DNA of 64,000 nucleotides from Octopus sinensis. Its lineage: Eukaryota. Each line of letters opens with the position of its first letter. Position 1 is the first letter of the stretch. This document shows positions 14,183 through 25,649 of this stretch, in pieces. A program made the translations under genes and the position numbers. Under the pieces are notes generated by a model. The model had not been told where the DNA came from. It worked only from the letters and a program-made list of their open reading frames with translations, and made no database searches. The stretch lies in assembly GCF_006345805.1 (NCBI RefSeq), contig NC_043013.1:34162001-34226000 (forward strand), given 5' to 3'.

Positions 14183-14270
14183 ATATTCTCATGTTCATAA
14201 TAAATAAATATATATATATATATAATATATATATATATAATATATATATATATGTATGTATGTATGTAAA
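13650..14270. repeat. Complex (AT)n array with higher-order units
   Basis: Repeated TATACACATTATATATATATAATGTATAT units. Confidence 0.9.
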
Positions 14271-14343
14271 CCTACACTGGCATTCACACAAGATTTGTGT
14301 ATAATATGTATATATGTATATATGCTATGTCATGTGAACTTGA

Positions 14344-14567
14344 CCTTTTAGCATTTAAACTGACAATATCTGCCCCAAATATTCAGTCTATTTTACGTTC
14401 AAAACCAGCCAAGTCCTGCTTCTCACACCTGACCAACAATGTCATTTTAAAACAATCAGATCATTGAAATCTCAAAGCTCTGAGATGATGTATGACTGAT
14501 TCAAAACAGTGTGAATATGTGAATACATAAGCATTACATTTGACAGAGTAACCTGAATGTGAAAACG
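14344..14567. mobile_element. Diverged piggyBac-like MITE
   Basis: TTGA|CCTTTTAGCATT .. AATGTGAAAACG|TTAA; degenerate CCCTTTAGCATT-type TIRs and TTAA-like TSD. Confidence 0.5.
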
Positions 14568-15129
14568 TTAAATCCTTGACAAATCTGTAACGTTGTATGA
14601 CATGTGTTTAATCTTTTAGACCTGGCAATATTCATCTCTTACCAGGTCTGACCACAAGATAATTGTTTTTTCAGATGGAGAGTAAAAGTCCGACAAAATA
14701 AAGGAGTTAGGAAAGAAAAGAATTGATCTCGTACAGGATATTCACCGTATTTATTGCTCCCCTAAAAGATAAAAGGAGAGTTTGCAATGGGATTTGAACT
14801 CTGAACCAAGAGAGTTGGAGTGACTTTAGTAATGTACCTGGTGAGCTTAGGGCATTGTCAACTTAAATCTTCTGACCAAATGGTCAAACATCGTTGCTCA
14901 GAAGTAATGTTGAGTAATTAATACACCTGAAACAATGTTCCACCAGAAAGCAAACCAAGAACTTAGTAAAAACTAACATCATTATCATCTTATGCTGAGC
15001 TGGTTCTCTGATGGTGTAGACCAAAATCACTACTATTCCAAACACGGCACTAATTCTTGTAACCAAGAGCTTTCTGCCTTCTAAATGTGTCAGTTTTTGT
15101 TACTATGTTTGTTCTCTTCCACTTGACAG

Positions 15130-15223
15130 TTGGTATTAATTCGGTTATGTCAGAGAGGAACCCTCAAACCAACACCTGGCCCAAATACTTACAACAAATT
15201 GGAATCACCTAAAGGCATCCAAG
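15130..15223 (+). CDS. Candidate exon LVLIRLCQRGTLKPTPGPNTYNKLESPKGIQ
   Basis: Strong pyrimidine acceptor (ttctcttccacttgacag), open frame, modest donor AAG|gtgtca; single PGPxxY motif. Confidence 0.28.
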
Positions 15224-15517
15224 GTGTCAGGTGGGGATGATAATCAACAGTGCAATTTAATCATTCCTATGACTATGTCAATCATGTAGGCCAGTGCAGA
15301 ATTTAAACTCGGAATGCAAATGATTGGAACAAATGTTGCAAGGTATGTGATCTGACATTCTTACATTTGCATAAATCTAGTACTTAGGACTCATATTTTA
15401 TACAGTTCTATATTTAAGAGATGAGGAATTATGTACATTATTTACAATATTTACATTATTTACAATATTTACATTATTTACATTTGATGGATATTTATCC
15501 TCACCTTGTTTGTTGTT

Positions 15518-15563
15518 AACACAACATTTCAGGTGATATACCCTCCAGCCTTCATCAGGTGTC
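15518..15563 (-). ncRNA. Minimal type-I hammerhead ribozyme motif H1a (decayed)
   Basis: GACAC-CTGATGA-A-GGCTG..CACCT-GAAAT-GTT-GTGTT. Confidence 0.7.
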
Positions 15564-15617
15564 TTGGGGAAGTTTCAAACGTAGGTTTTCATTCCTAAGG
15601 TATTTTTCGATGTTATC

Positions 15618-15656
<39 letters not shown>

Positions 15657-15750
15657 CATTATTATTATTGTTCAGGTCACTTCTTGGAATCAAACTCAGA
15701 ATCTTGGGGTTAGTAGCCCACGCTCTTAACCACTATGCCATATACCCCAA

Positions 15751-15796
15751 GACACCTGATGAAGGCTGGAGGGTATATCAGCCGAAACATTGTGTT
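15751..15796 (+). ncRNA. Minimal type-I hammerhead ribozyme motif H1b
   Basis: GACAC-CTGATGA-A-GGCTG-gagggtatat-CAGCC-GAAAC-ATT-GTGTT; perfect 5-bp stem II; stem I GACAC/GTGTT. Confidence 0.78.
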
Positions 15797-15929
15797 AACA
15801 GCAAACAAGATGAGGTAAGTATCTGTCAATGTAAATAATGTAAATAATCATATTTTTATATCAACCCAGAAATGATGAAAGACAAATTTGTGTGCAAGGA
15901 ATGGAGCAAAGCATTCTATCCCATGCAGA

Positions 15930-16180
15930 GACACATGGATTAGTGATTAGGGTGTTTGACTCATGATCGTAAGCTTATGGTTTTGATTCCCAGACCAGGT
16001 GATGCATTGGGTTCTTGAGCAAAAATCTTCATTTCCCGTTGCTCTATTCCACTCAGTTAAAAGAGTGATCCTGGTAAAAAGAGTGATCCTGTAATGGGCC
16101 AACAACTCCATCCAAGGAGGAATGAATATATATGCCAGAGAAATGGGGAAAATGACCCTATGCCCCTTACAGAATAATGT
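15930..16180 (+). mobile_element. SINE-C
   Basis: ATGGATTAGTGATTAGGGTG head, GTTCTTGAGCAAAA core; internal 19-bp tandem duplication. Confidence 0.8.
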
Positions 16181-16678
16181 AGACTAACCATTCAATCCCT
16201 TACACTATTGGCCACCAATTTGCTGCTTATATAATTTAAAGTTCTAAATATTGGTGGTGGTGGTGGTGGTGGTGGTGGTAGTTTTGGTGGGCAGAAATAT
16301 TTAATTTGTTATAACAATCTGTATATCTTCCTTAACGTAAGAAAGTCATAACACTGTGATATTCATCTGTTGAAGACATTTCATATTTAAGCATAGTGCT
16401 AAAAAGTGCAGAAGGATCAGTAGTAGATGAAAAGCAGTGATAGGATAGCTAGATCCTAAGATTTCTGTGTATCTACATGTCAAAAATAGGAAATATCTAC
16501 TATACTATGCACTGCATGCTTAGATGAATTTCATGCTTGAGATACCTTCTCAATATGAATACTGCAGTATTATGGCTTTCTTACACTATATCCATGTTAA
16601 GAATATTAAACAGATTATTGTTCAGAACTAAAACAGACTCAGATATATAGATGTGAGATATTCAGCAACAGTACTTTG

Positions 16679-16987
16679 TAGTAAAGATTGTTTGCCAACA
16701 TAACATGGCTGTCTTGGTTTAGGACGAATGTTGCTGTAATTTACCCCCTGGAGACATTGTCTCCAGCTGGTTATACAACACAATTTGTGTCCTTGTATAA
16801 CCCGGAAATCATGATACGCAGATATTGTTTTGAGCTAGGTGAGGGTGCTAGATTCCCTTGTCTGAAAATATAAGGACACAGATTGTGTTGTATAGCCAGC
16901 TAGAGACAATGTCTCCTGGGACTAAATTACAGTAATATTCGTCCTAAACCAAGACTGCCATGTTATGTTGGCCAACAATCTTTACTA
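16679..16987. mobile_element. MITE with ~115-bp TIRs (TAGTAAAG..CTTTACTA)
   Basis: 16679-16797 is the near-perfect reverse complement of 16870-16987; non-coding core. Confidence 0.85.
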
Positions 16988-17194
16988 ATACAGACTCCAT
17001 CACTAATAACGAATACTAAAAACCCACAATTTTATTTAAGTAATAATTAATGTAATAAATAGATATGACCACCACTTGCAATCAGGTGTGACCTTGTGTC
17101 ACTATGCACCATATCTTTTGCTTATAATTAATGCATGTAATTATTATTTCATCTTTAATGTATTTGTGATTTTTGTTTCAAGTTACAATACCAT

Positions 17195-17400
17195 TTGTCC
17201 TTATTTGTTTCAGTCATTGGACTATTGGCTACACTGGAGCACTGTTGGAGCACTGATTTGAAGGAATTTAATTGGAACAAATTAACCCCAGTAGTTATTC
17301 TGTAGGTCTCTGCTGAACATATATGTTATGGAGATATAAACAAACCAACACCAGTTGTCAAGTAGGAGTAGAAAAACAGAATCACAAAGACTAGTATACA
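17195..17400 (-). mobile_element. SINE-A 3' half, strongly diverged
   Basis: TTGTTTCAGTCATTGGACT..CTGGAGCAC..AACACCAGTTGTCAAG. Confidence 0.65.
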
Positions 17401-18157
17401 CACACATATAGAAGGTAGAAACCTCATGATTAAAGGAATTATTTGTGTTTGGATCCATGCCATGAAAGATTTATAGATCTATGCCAAGGGAGAACCAGCC
17501 CAGCCCAGCCCAGTGCAGCCCAGCCCTAGAAAATGACGATGCCTGCTTTTAATAAGCTCATTCCTGATTCGCTTTCTGGGTGGAGTATCGTTTCAGGTAT
17601 TAATTGCTATACATTGCTTCTGAAGTTTGATCATTTGATCAGTAGGTTTAAGTAAGCAACACCCCAAACTCACCCAACATCATTCTAAAATCCCATGTAT
17701 CACAACATACTCAGGACCACCAATATATTCACCAAAAGCCAAAAGATCAACTTACTTATATCTTTGAGGTCATCCTATATGCAGAATAATGTTGAATGTG
17801 TATTGATAAGTTTAAAGAATGAAATATATAAAACAATATGAGAGAAATATTTAAACAAGAAAGGAAATACAACATCATTAAAACACAAGGCACTATTCAT
17901 GTGCCTTTCTTTCCCATGAGCATATATTTGAGTCATTGCCATTTTAAATGGTGTGTAGTTAATACAAGATATACATATATATGGGGATAAGTTAACTTTG
18001 AGAAAGAGACACTCACTGAAATACCACACATTGGGGATCAAACTCAGGAATTTACATTTGCAAAGTGATATTTTTAATCATTTAGCCAGGACTGTTCCCA
18101 TTAAACATATACTTTCAAGCTCACACACATTAATACACACTCACAGACACAGACACA

Positions 18158-18203
<46 letters not shown>

Positions 18204-18353
18204 TATGTGAGTGTGTATGGATGTGTGTGTGTATATGTATATAAATGTGTGTGAAAGAATGGTCTTATGTGACTATTTATATATATATATACATATACCA
18301 TTTGTGTGTATATATATGTATATGTGTGTGTAAGTGTATATATATATATATAC

Positions 18354-18429
<76 letters not shown>

Positions 18430-18452
18430 TGTGTGTGTGTGGTGTGTGTGCT

Positions 18453-18630
18453 GGAGTAGCTGTATAGTAAGAATCTTGCTTCCCAACCACATGGCTCTGG
18501 GTACAGTCCTGCTACGTGGAGTCTTGGCAAATGTCTTCTACTATAGCCTTAGGCTAACCAAAGCCATGCGAGTGGATTTGGCAGATGGAAACTGAAAGAA
18601 GCCCATCGTGCACACGCACACACACAATGC

Positions 18631-18679
<49 letters not shown>

Positions 18680-18850
18680 TATATATGTATTTGTGTGTCT
18701 GTGTTTGTCCCTCCACCATCACTTGACAACGAGTGTTGGTGTGTTTCTGTCCTCGTAACTTAGCAGTTTGGCAAAAAGAGTCTGATAAAATAAATACTAG
18801 GCTTACAAAGAATAAATCCTGGGGTCAAATGACTGAAGCAAGTAAAAGAA
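18453..18850 (+). mobile_element. SINE-A, near full length
   Basis: Head, TTGGCAAATGTCTTCTAC core, internal CA/GT microsatellite, tail GACTGAAGCAAGTAAAAG. Confidence 0.9.
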
Positions 18851-19384
18851 TAAAAAAATACATATACATATGTATGTGTGTGTATTTATATATTATATAT
18901 ATATTATATAATATATATATATATAATATATATATATATACATATACTTATATCTGTGTGTGTGTTTCTGTGAGTATTTTTGTGTGTGCCTGTACATTAT
19001 AAAATACACTAAGAAATAGAAGATAAAAAACAGATATACAGATAAATATCAGTAGAGAGTTTAATCACATTCCTACACTATACATCTTCTAAGTATTATA
19101 TATACATATATATGACAGTGTGTCTGTGTGCATGCTTATATGAGTATGTATATGCTAGTGCATGTTAATGTATAAATCAGTGACAAGATTTTTTAGGTCT
19201 ATATTCAGTATAAAGATTTTCTCAATAATTTGCACAACACTGCCATTACAGACACACACACATACACACGTACACACATACACACAGATGTATGTAGTAT
19301 ATCGAAGTAAATAAATATGCTGAAAAACTATCTGTGTTTCTTCCATATATTTTTTTTCTCCCACTGATTCCTTTATGTCTACAG

Positions 19385-19456
19385 GTTTTTATAAGTTACT
19401 TCCCTTACTATCTAGCATTCCACTGGAAGATTCTGGTTGTTGGCTGTTTTTTCATA
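19385..19456 (+). CDS. Candidate 72-nt symmetric exon
   Basis: ttcctttatgtctacag acceptor, ATA|gtgagg donor; open in phase 0 (VFISYFPYYLAFHWKILVVGCFFI) and phase 1 (GFYKLLPLLSSIPLEDSGCWLFFH). Confidence 0.28.
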
Positions 19457-19534
19457 GTGAGGGAAATTGAAGTGAAGAATACGAATAACAAAGAATAAAC
19501 TGCCTCCATCACAATCATATAATTTGTATGAATA

Positions 19535-19576
<42 letters not shown>

Positions 19577-20229
19577 TAATATATATATATATATAATAAT
19601 ATATATATATATATATGTATTATGTATGTATATATATATGTATGTATGTATATGTAATGATATACATATATTTGTACATATTTTAATACTTTTGAATATA
19701 GGTATAAATTATTATACATATTAATGTATATATTTATATCAATTGGTATATAGTTTTATGAATATATTTCTACGCATATATGATATATATGTCATTATAT
19801 ATATATATTTCATTATATATTTCATGATATATATTTCATTATATATATATGTGCATGCGTGTGTGTGTATGAACGTGTGCACATGCAAACAAATATGTAA
19901 GGATGTTTTGATATAGGTATATGCCTCTGTATGTGGATATGTGCATATGCATGTATATGCCTATATATATTATTATATGCATAAATATATATTCATATAT
20001 TCATAAACAAATATACATAATTGTATATTTATACATACATACATGCACGCACATATATACAGACAAACAGACTTACACACACACAAATTGATGCATGTTT
20101 ACATATGCATATAAATACATACACACATACAAATATATATCATTGTAATATTTGTTTTTATGTTCAGGTATAGTAAAAACAATTTTACATTAATCTGAAG
20201 GGTAAGTCCACACAAGAATAGTGTGTGCA

Positions 20230-20274
<45 letters not shown>

Positions 20275-20497
20275 CTGTTGTGTCTGGGGAGAGTCATTTT
20301 CTTTCTGTGCCTTATAAGTTAACACACTCACTGGTAAAATTTCCACTTATTCTTTTTATTTTTTTTTAATTGGAATTTTACTGGTGATGTGTTAACTTAT
20401 AAGGCACAGAAAGAAAATGACTCACCCCAGACACAACAGAATATGCTTCAACCACACGAACTCACATAAAGAATCTTGCAAACCAAATCCCAAAACG

Positions 20498-20510
<13 letters not shown>
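20275..20510 (+). mobile_element. PLE family G fold-back insertion (inverted tail + tail)
   Basis: ~70-bp arms 20275-20345 / 20371-20439, then a tail shared with 26058-26130; same sequence abuts a PLE ORF at 40168. Confidence 0.8.
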
Positions 20511-20557
<47 letters not shown>

Positions 20558-20558
20558 A

Positions 20559-20810
20559 AATATTATTAGAGACAAAACCACTATTTTGCAAAACAAACAG
20601 GAAAGACTTAATCAATACATAAAATTTTAATAAATAGTCAAAAAATTATTAAAATTTTATGTATTGATTAAGTCTTTCCTTGTTTGTTTTGCAAAATAGT
20701 GGTTTTGTCTCTAATAATATTTTATAATATTTTACTATAAAATTGGATTTAATCCTAAATCTGATTTTTTCCCTGTAAATTTGGATTTATTCCCTAATAT
20801 TTATTATTTA
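20559..20810 (+). mobile_element. Second fold-back insertion, probably the 3' end of another PLE family
   Basis: ~75-bp near-perfect arms 20559-20633 / 20646-20721 followed by an unpaired ~90-bp tail, the same architecture as family G. Confidence 0.6.
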
Positions 20811-20842
20811 TATATATATATATATATTATATATATATATAT

Positions 20843-21100
20843 AGGCACAGGAGTGGCTGTGTGGTAAGTAGCTTGCTAACCAACCACATGGTTCCAGGTT
20901 CAGTCCCACTGGCATGGCATCTTGGGCAAGTGTCTTCTGCTATAGCCCTGGCCGACCAATGCCTGTGAGTGGATTTGGTAGACAGAAACTGAAAGAAGCC
21001 TGTCATATATATGTATATATATAATATGTATGTGTGTCCCCCTAGCATTGCTTGACAACCGATGGTGGCGTGTTTATGTCCCCATAACTTAGCCGTTCTG
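20843..21100 (+). mobile_element. SINE-A, 3'-truncated
   Basis: GGCACAGGAGTGGCTGTGTGG (A box) .. GGTTCAGTCCC (B box) .. TTGGGCAAGTGTCTT. Confidence 0.92.
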
Positions 21101-21889
21101 CAAAGATTTTTATTAATTATAATTAAAGAAATCCTAACGCTCTCTCCTTTGCCTTTCTTAACCATATTTAACCATTAAATTGAGTTTTCTCGTTTACATC
21201 CTTTCAAGTTCTAAATTCTAATTCCATTTTGGCTCTCTTGGTCTTTCCTCTTCCTGAAGTCAATGAAATATTTAATAGTCATTAAAATATGTACTGGGTG
21301 TTGGGGAGGCACGAACCTCTGCAGCATGCATAGGCAATTTGAGAAACAGCCAGCATAAAACATGGCCTATCATCAGACAGGCCACTCTGCAAAAGATTCC
21401 AGTTAATTTTTCTTTAATTTTTCATTAATTTTTTGCTTCGCAACTTTATTTCAGTGAGTAATGCTTATGATGACTTATGATGACTTATGGTGACTTAAAT
21501 CAACAAAGGAGTAAAGCATTACAAGATTCTCATTTAGTTCAGGTTCATCATTGTTAAAGAGAAGTACATTATACAACTTTATTGAGATGATGGGTCATTT
21601 GGTTTATGCCTGGTTTTGCTTTTGCGTTTTTTGACCAAATACTTAGTTTAAAGTGTTGGCTAAATACTTATATTTAAAGCGCTGTTTTTACAGCCACGTG
21701 TTCTTAAAGTCAGGGATTATTTCTTCATTTCATTTGTCTTTGAAAGCACAGAGTACAGTCCCAGAGTATGAATTGATATCAATGAGTTTCAAAAATATAT
21801 CAACACTTTGAGCTCAGTGCTTTTGTGTGAGACAGAATATACACATTCACATCGACTCCAAGACACGCACAAACACACACACATACATG

Positions 21890-22230
21890 TACGCACACAG
21901 TGGCATCATGTAAAGGGCACCCATAAATAATCATGGTTGTTGCCGGTGCCCTGTAAATGGCACTTGTGAATTGTAGTCATGCCCCTTGCTGATGCCATGT
22001 AAATAGCATCCATGAATTGTAGTCATGTCTTTGCTGGTGTCATGTCAATGGCACGCATGCCGGGGGTATATAAAAGCCTGGAGTACTTGGTGTTAAGAAT
22101 GGCATCCAGCCATAGAAACTATGTGGAATCAGATTGGAACCTGGTGCAGCTCTTCAGCTTACCAGTTCCAGTCAAAATGTCTAACCCATACCAGCATGGA
22201 AAGTAGACGCAAAATGAATATGATGATGAC
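21890..22230 (+). mobile_element. SINE-D
   Basis: Internal TGGCA..GTAAA tandem units; TTGGTGTTAAGAATGGCATCCAGC..CCAGCATGGAAAG..GATGATGAC tail. Confidence 0.75.
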
Positions 22231-22999
22231 AAATTGGTCATCCATATAGTTTTCAGCCATCAAGTTCACACACAGGGAATAAATGGGGCCCTCAATCTAT
22301 TATAAAAAAAACAATCATCAAAAATACCTTGCTATAGGTAGCTGGAACCATGTGATTACAAAGCAAACTCAGTAGCCATACTGCTTTGAATTCAGTAAAA
22401 ATTATTCGAAAACATTGGGTGAGATCAGAGGGTCAAAATCTTCAAAATAAGAATAAACTCAAAAATATTTTCAAATCTTAATCATTGACCTTCGAAGACA
22501 TAACTCTTGGAAGTTACAACTGAAAGGAATAAAGGTAATGATAAATATCCATAAATAAAATTTAAAACATTTACTACCTTTGGCTGGATATTAAAATCTG
22601 ATAGAACTGCTTTATCTAATAGTTCCTTTCTTTTATAAGTTAATAGCATATGATTTAAAGAATTTGACTGATATTTCTAATAGATTAAGAAATCACATGT
22701 ACAATTCCTCACTGGTTTGTCTGTAAGTTGGTATTTGGAACAGGTAAGTAACAAGCTATTTGGTAATGGTCTTGCGATATACATCTTTTCTCCCTATGTT
22801 TTGTAGCTATGAATATGTACCATGTACCTATTCATAGGTGTCACAAAAGGTCCTATAAATCACATACATTCTTACAAACCTAAGAACTTAGATACGCATA
22901 AGATTACCAACACACACATATATATACATGCTTATACACAGATACATGTAAATATATAAAGATATATGTATATTTATGTATGTGTGTGTGTGATGGGGC

Positions 23000-23280
23000 A
23001 TGACTTAGAGGTTAGAGTGTTGCACTCACAACCTAGTGACCATAATTTCTGTTCCTGGATCTGGCAGTGCATTGCGTTCTTGAGCAAAACACTTCACCTC
23101 ACGCTGCTCTGTGATCACTTCGACACCTGACTCATGGTTCGCTCTGCACCTGTTCAGGCAACGTCGATTTCACAGAGAAAAACGAGCTAATGTATATTTG
23201 ATCACCATAAACAAATTATTTGTGCAGGTCATTCCGCAAAAAGCTGAATGGTCATACGTCATCTTTGATGGGAGAGTCCA
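23000..23280 (+). mobile_element. SINE-C variant
   Basis: GCATGACTTAGAGGTTAGAGTG head, GTTCTTGAGCAAAACAC core. Confidence 0.75.
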
Positions 23281-23854
23281 TCATCATACATATACATATC
23301 TATACCTATCTATCTATCTATATATATATACATATATATATACAGTGAGGGTATCAGTTAGAGGGGTTTAATACCTCTAAGGGATAATTAAATCCAGAGT
23401 CACTCCTGGTTATTACCTGGGTAGCTACAGTCTTTTGTAAGGTTGTACAGTAGCAGGTGGTTTGGTTGGTAAACCGAAGTTTAGGTTATATAGGAGAAGA
23501 AAATTAACCAACGATACTAACCAATCTACTACAAGCAAACCTCTATCCAGTGAATTTACCAGTGCAAGAACAAAATCTAATGTAAGAATTACCACTTTTG
23601 TTTACATTACCATCACATATGTATCAATTATTTTCGCATCCTAACCGATGCATCTATCTATATTCGCATTCTAAAGAGATTTACTTAAACCAGTAAACGG
23701 AAACAATCGTAAATGCTCTCTTCATCTCTGCTTTTTCCTTTTTTGTTATCTAATTAATTAAAGACATACCAGTGAAAACCACAAGTTTCCTAATGTTATT
23801 ATATCCATTGTCTTCTCCTATATATATATATATATGCATATATATAAATATATA

Positions 23855-24125
23855 TCATCATCATCGTTTAATGTCCGTTGTCCATGCTGGCATGGGTTGG
23901 ACGGTTTGATGGGAGTCTGGGAAGCCTGGAGGCTGCACCAGGCCCCAATCTGATCTGGCTGTGTCTCTACAGGTGGATGCCCTTCCTAATGACAACCACT
24001 CTGAGAGTGTAGTGGATGATTTTTATGTGCCACAGCACAAGGGGCCAGAGGAGCTGGCACTGACCATGATCGGTTGATGCTTTTTATGTGCTACCAGCAC
24101 GGGCTCACAACTACAATTTCTATTT
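23855..24125 (-). mobile_element. SINE-D
   Basis: CATCATCATCGTTTAATGTCCG..GGATGCCCTTCCTAATG; collinear with 51020-51358. Confidence 0.85.
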
Positions 24126-24140
24126 GATTTGATTATATAT

Positions 24141-24183
<43 letters not shown>

Positions 24184-24191
24184 TACATATG

Positions 24192-24948
24192 TGGAGATGT
24201 GCCTGTATGGTAAAGCTTACTTCCCAACCACAAGGTCCCGAGTTCAGTCCCACTACATGGTACTTAGGCAGATGTCTTCATGCTGACGCCTCGTGCTGAC
24301 CAAATCCTTCTGAATGGATTTGGTAAATAAAACCTAAAAGAACCCCATTCTACATGTGTGAGTGTGTGACTTTGTGTCTGTATTTGTTCCCTATCAATGA
24401 TTGACATCTTGTGTCGGTGAATTTAAGTTGCTATAACTTAGTGGTTTGGTAAAATAGAGTAATAGACTAAATGCCAGGTTTTAAAAAAATAAACAAGAGT
24501 AACTCAGAGAGTGCAAACCTCTACCAAGGCAACACCAACATCCTCTCAACGATTAGCCAGAGATGACTTTTAAAATGAGAGATCTTAAATAAGTGCGACT
24601 GCTCTCACAAATGAGAATACTAAAAATGAACCCGACTGCTCTCAAAAATTGAGTAAAAAAAGCAGGAAAAATAATCCATAAACCTTGTCTGCTATGAGAT
24701 TGACCCCAAAACTAATTAGTTCATGCCAGTGATGGGGCCAATCATCTCTGAAAATTTCATCTGAATCCATCCAGCAGTTCTTGAGATATCTTGTCCATGG
24801 ATAAACAAACAAACAAACACAACTGAAAACAATACCTCACCTTAGCGAAGGTGGAGGTAATAAGTATTGGGGTTGATTCATTTACCTAAAAGTTATTTAT
24901 AGTGGTGCCCCAGCATGACCAGAGACTAATGACTAAAACAAATAAAAG
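24192..24948 (+). mobile_element. SINE-A variant split by a HINE-like element
   Basis: Head/core 24192-24490; tail resumes at AAGTATTGGGGTTG (24862). Confidence 0.75.
24491..24860 (+). mobile_element. Helentron/HINE-like element, copy 2
   Basis: ACCTCTACCAAGG at 24517, (AAAC)n, terminal hairpin ACCTCACCTT-agcg-AAGGTGGAGGT at 24834-24858. Confidence 0.75.
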
Positions 24949-24984
24949 ATATATATGTGCACACACACATATGTATATGAGGAG

Positions 24985-25320
24985 AGGAGACCCCCTTCGG
25001 TCATGACTGGCCATGGGATTGCACCTAGAATGTTACTCTCCAAAGCACAAGTCCAGGCAAGGTTGTTTGTGGAAGGCCAGCAGTCGCCCATGCATACTAG
25101 TCTCCCTCTCCACACCGCTGATGTTATCCAAGGGAAAAGCAAAAGCCAACACAACTTGGCACCAGTGATGTCACAACTCATTTCTACAGCTGAGTGAACT
25201 GGAGCAACGTGAAATAAAGTGTCTTGCTCAAGAACACAACACACAGCCCGGTCCGAGAATCGAACTCACAACCTCATGATCGTAAGCTCGACACTCTAAC
25301 CACTGAGCCATGTGCTTTCA
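24985..25320 (-). mobile_element. SINE-C, long-tail variant, full length
   Basis: Reverse tRNA head CTCTAACCACTGAGCCATGTGC, B box GAATCGAACTC, core GTCTTGCTCAAGAACAC. Confidence 0.88.
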
Positions 25321-25649
25321 CACACACATACATATATGCACAATATGTATATACACACATTCACATGTACATACTTAAGTACTGTCATACATTCACACAT
25401 ATTTGTATACCTATGTACATACACATACATGAATACATATATGAATGCATCAAATCTTTATATGTGATTAAATGTTTGAGATGTGATATGTTAGATGTAT
25501 GACCTTAAATTTGTTGTTTGTTCTACAACCAAAGTTTATTATATTCGTCTCATTTACTTGTGCATTTCTCTTGCAGTCCTATTAACCCTCTTGTTCCTAA
25601 TAAGAAACAATCACTATTACTATTGATATATCACTGTGATCACCATGAC

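Larger units (their letters stand above)
15403..15847 (-). mobile_element. tRNA-headed, hammerhead-bearing PLE-type non-autonomous element with inverted 5' tail copy
   Basis: Minus-strand order: inverted tail piece (15847-15745), tRNA-like head (15744-15670), (AAT)n, tail with HHR (15610-15403); flanked by TCATATTTT(T)ATA duplication. Confidence 0.8.

Noticed and set aside
14830-14925. Minus-strand exon with ttgtttcag acceptor and CAG|gtacat donor
   Set aside because: Stop codons in all three phases
15670-15744. Genuine tRNA gene
   Set aside because: A and B boxes are present but there is no acceptor-stem closure; it is fused to (AAT)n and a repeat tail. The same applies to all SINE heads
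21345-21390. Minus-strand CTGATGA followed by a GGCCA/TGGCT stem
   Set aside because: The stem is followed by GTTTC rather than GAAA
22691-22750. 60-nt + strand exon IKKSHVQFLTGLSVSWYLEQ with CAG|gtaagt
   Set aside because: The acceptor seems to lie in a repeat remnant and the phase does not fit neighbouring candidates; cannot be excluded
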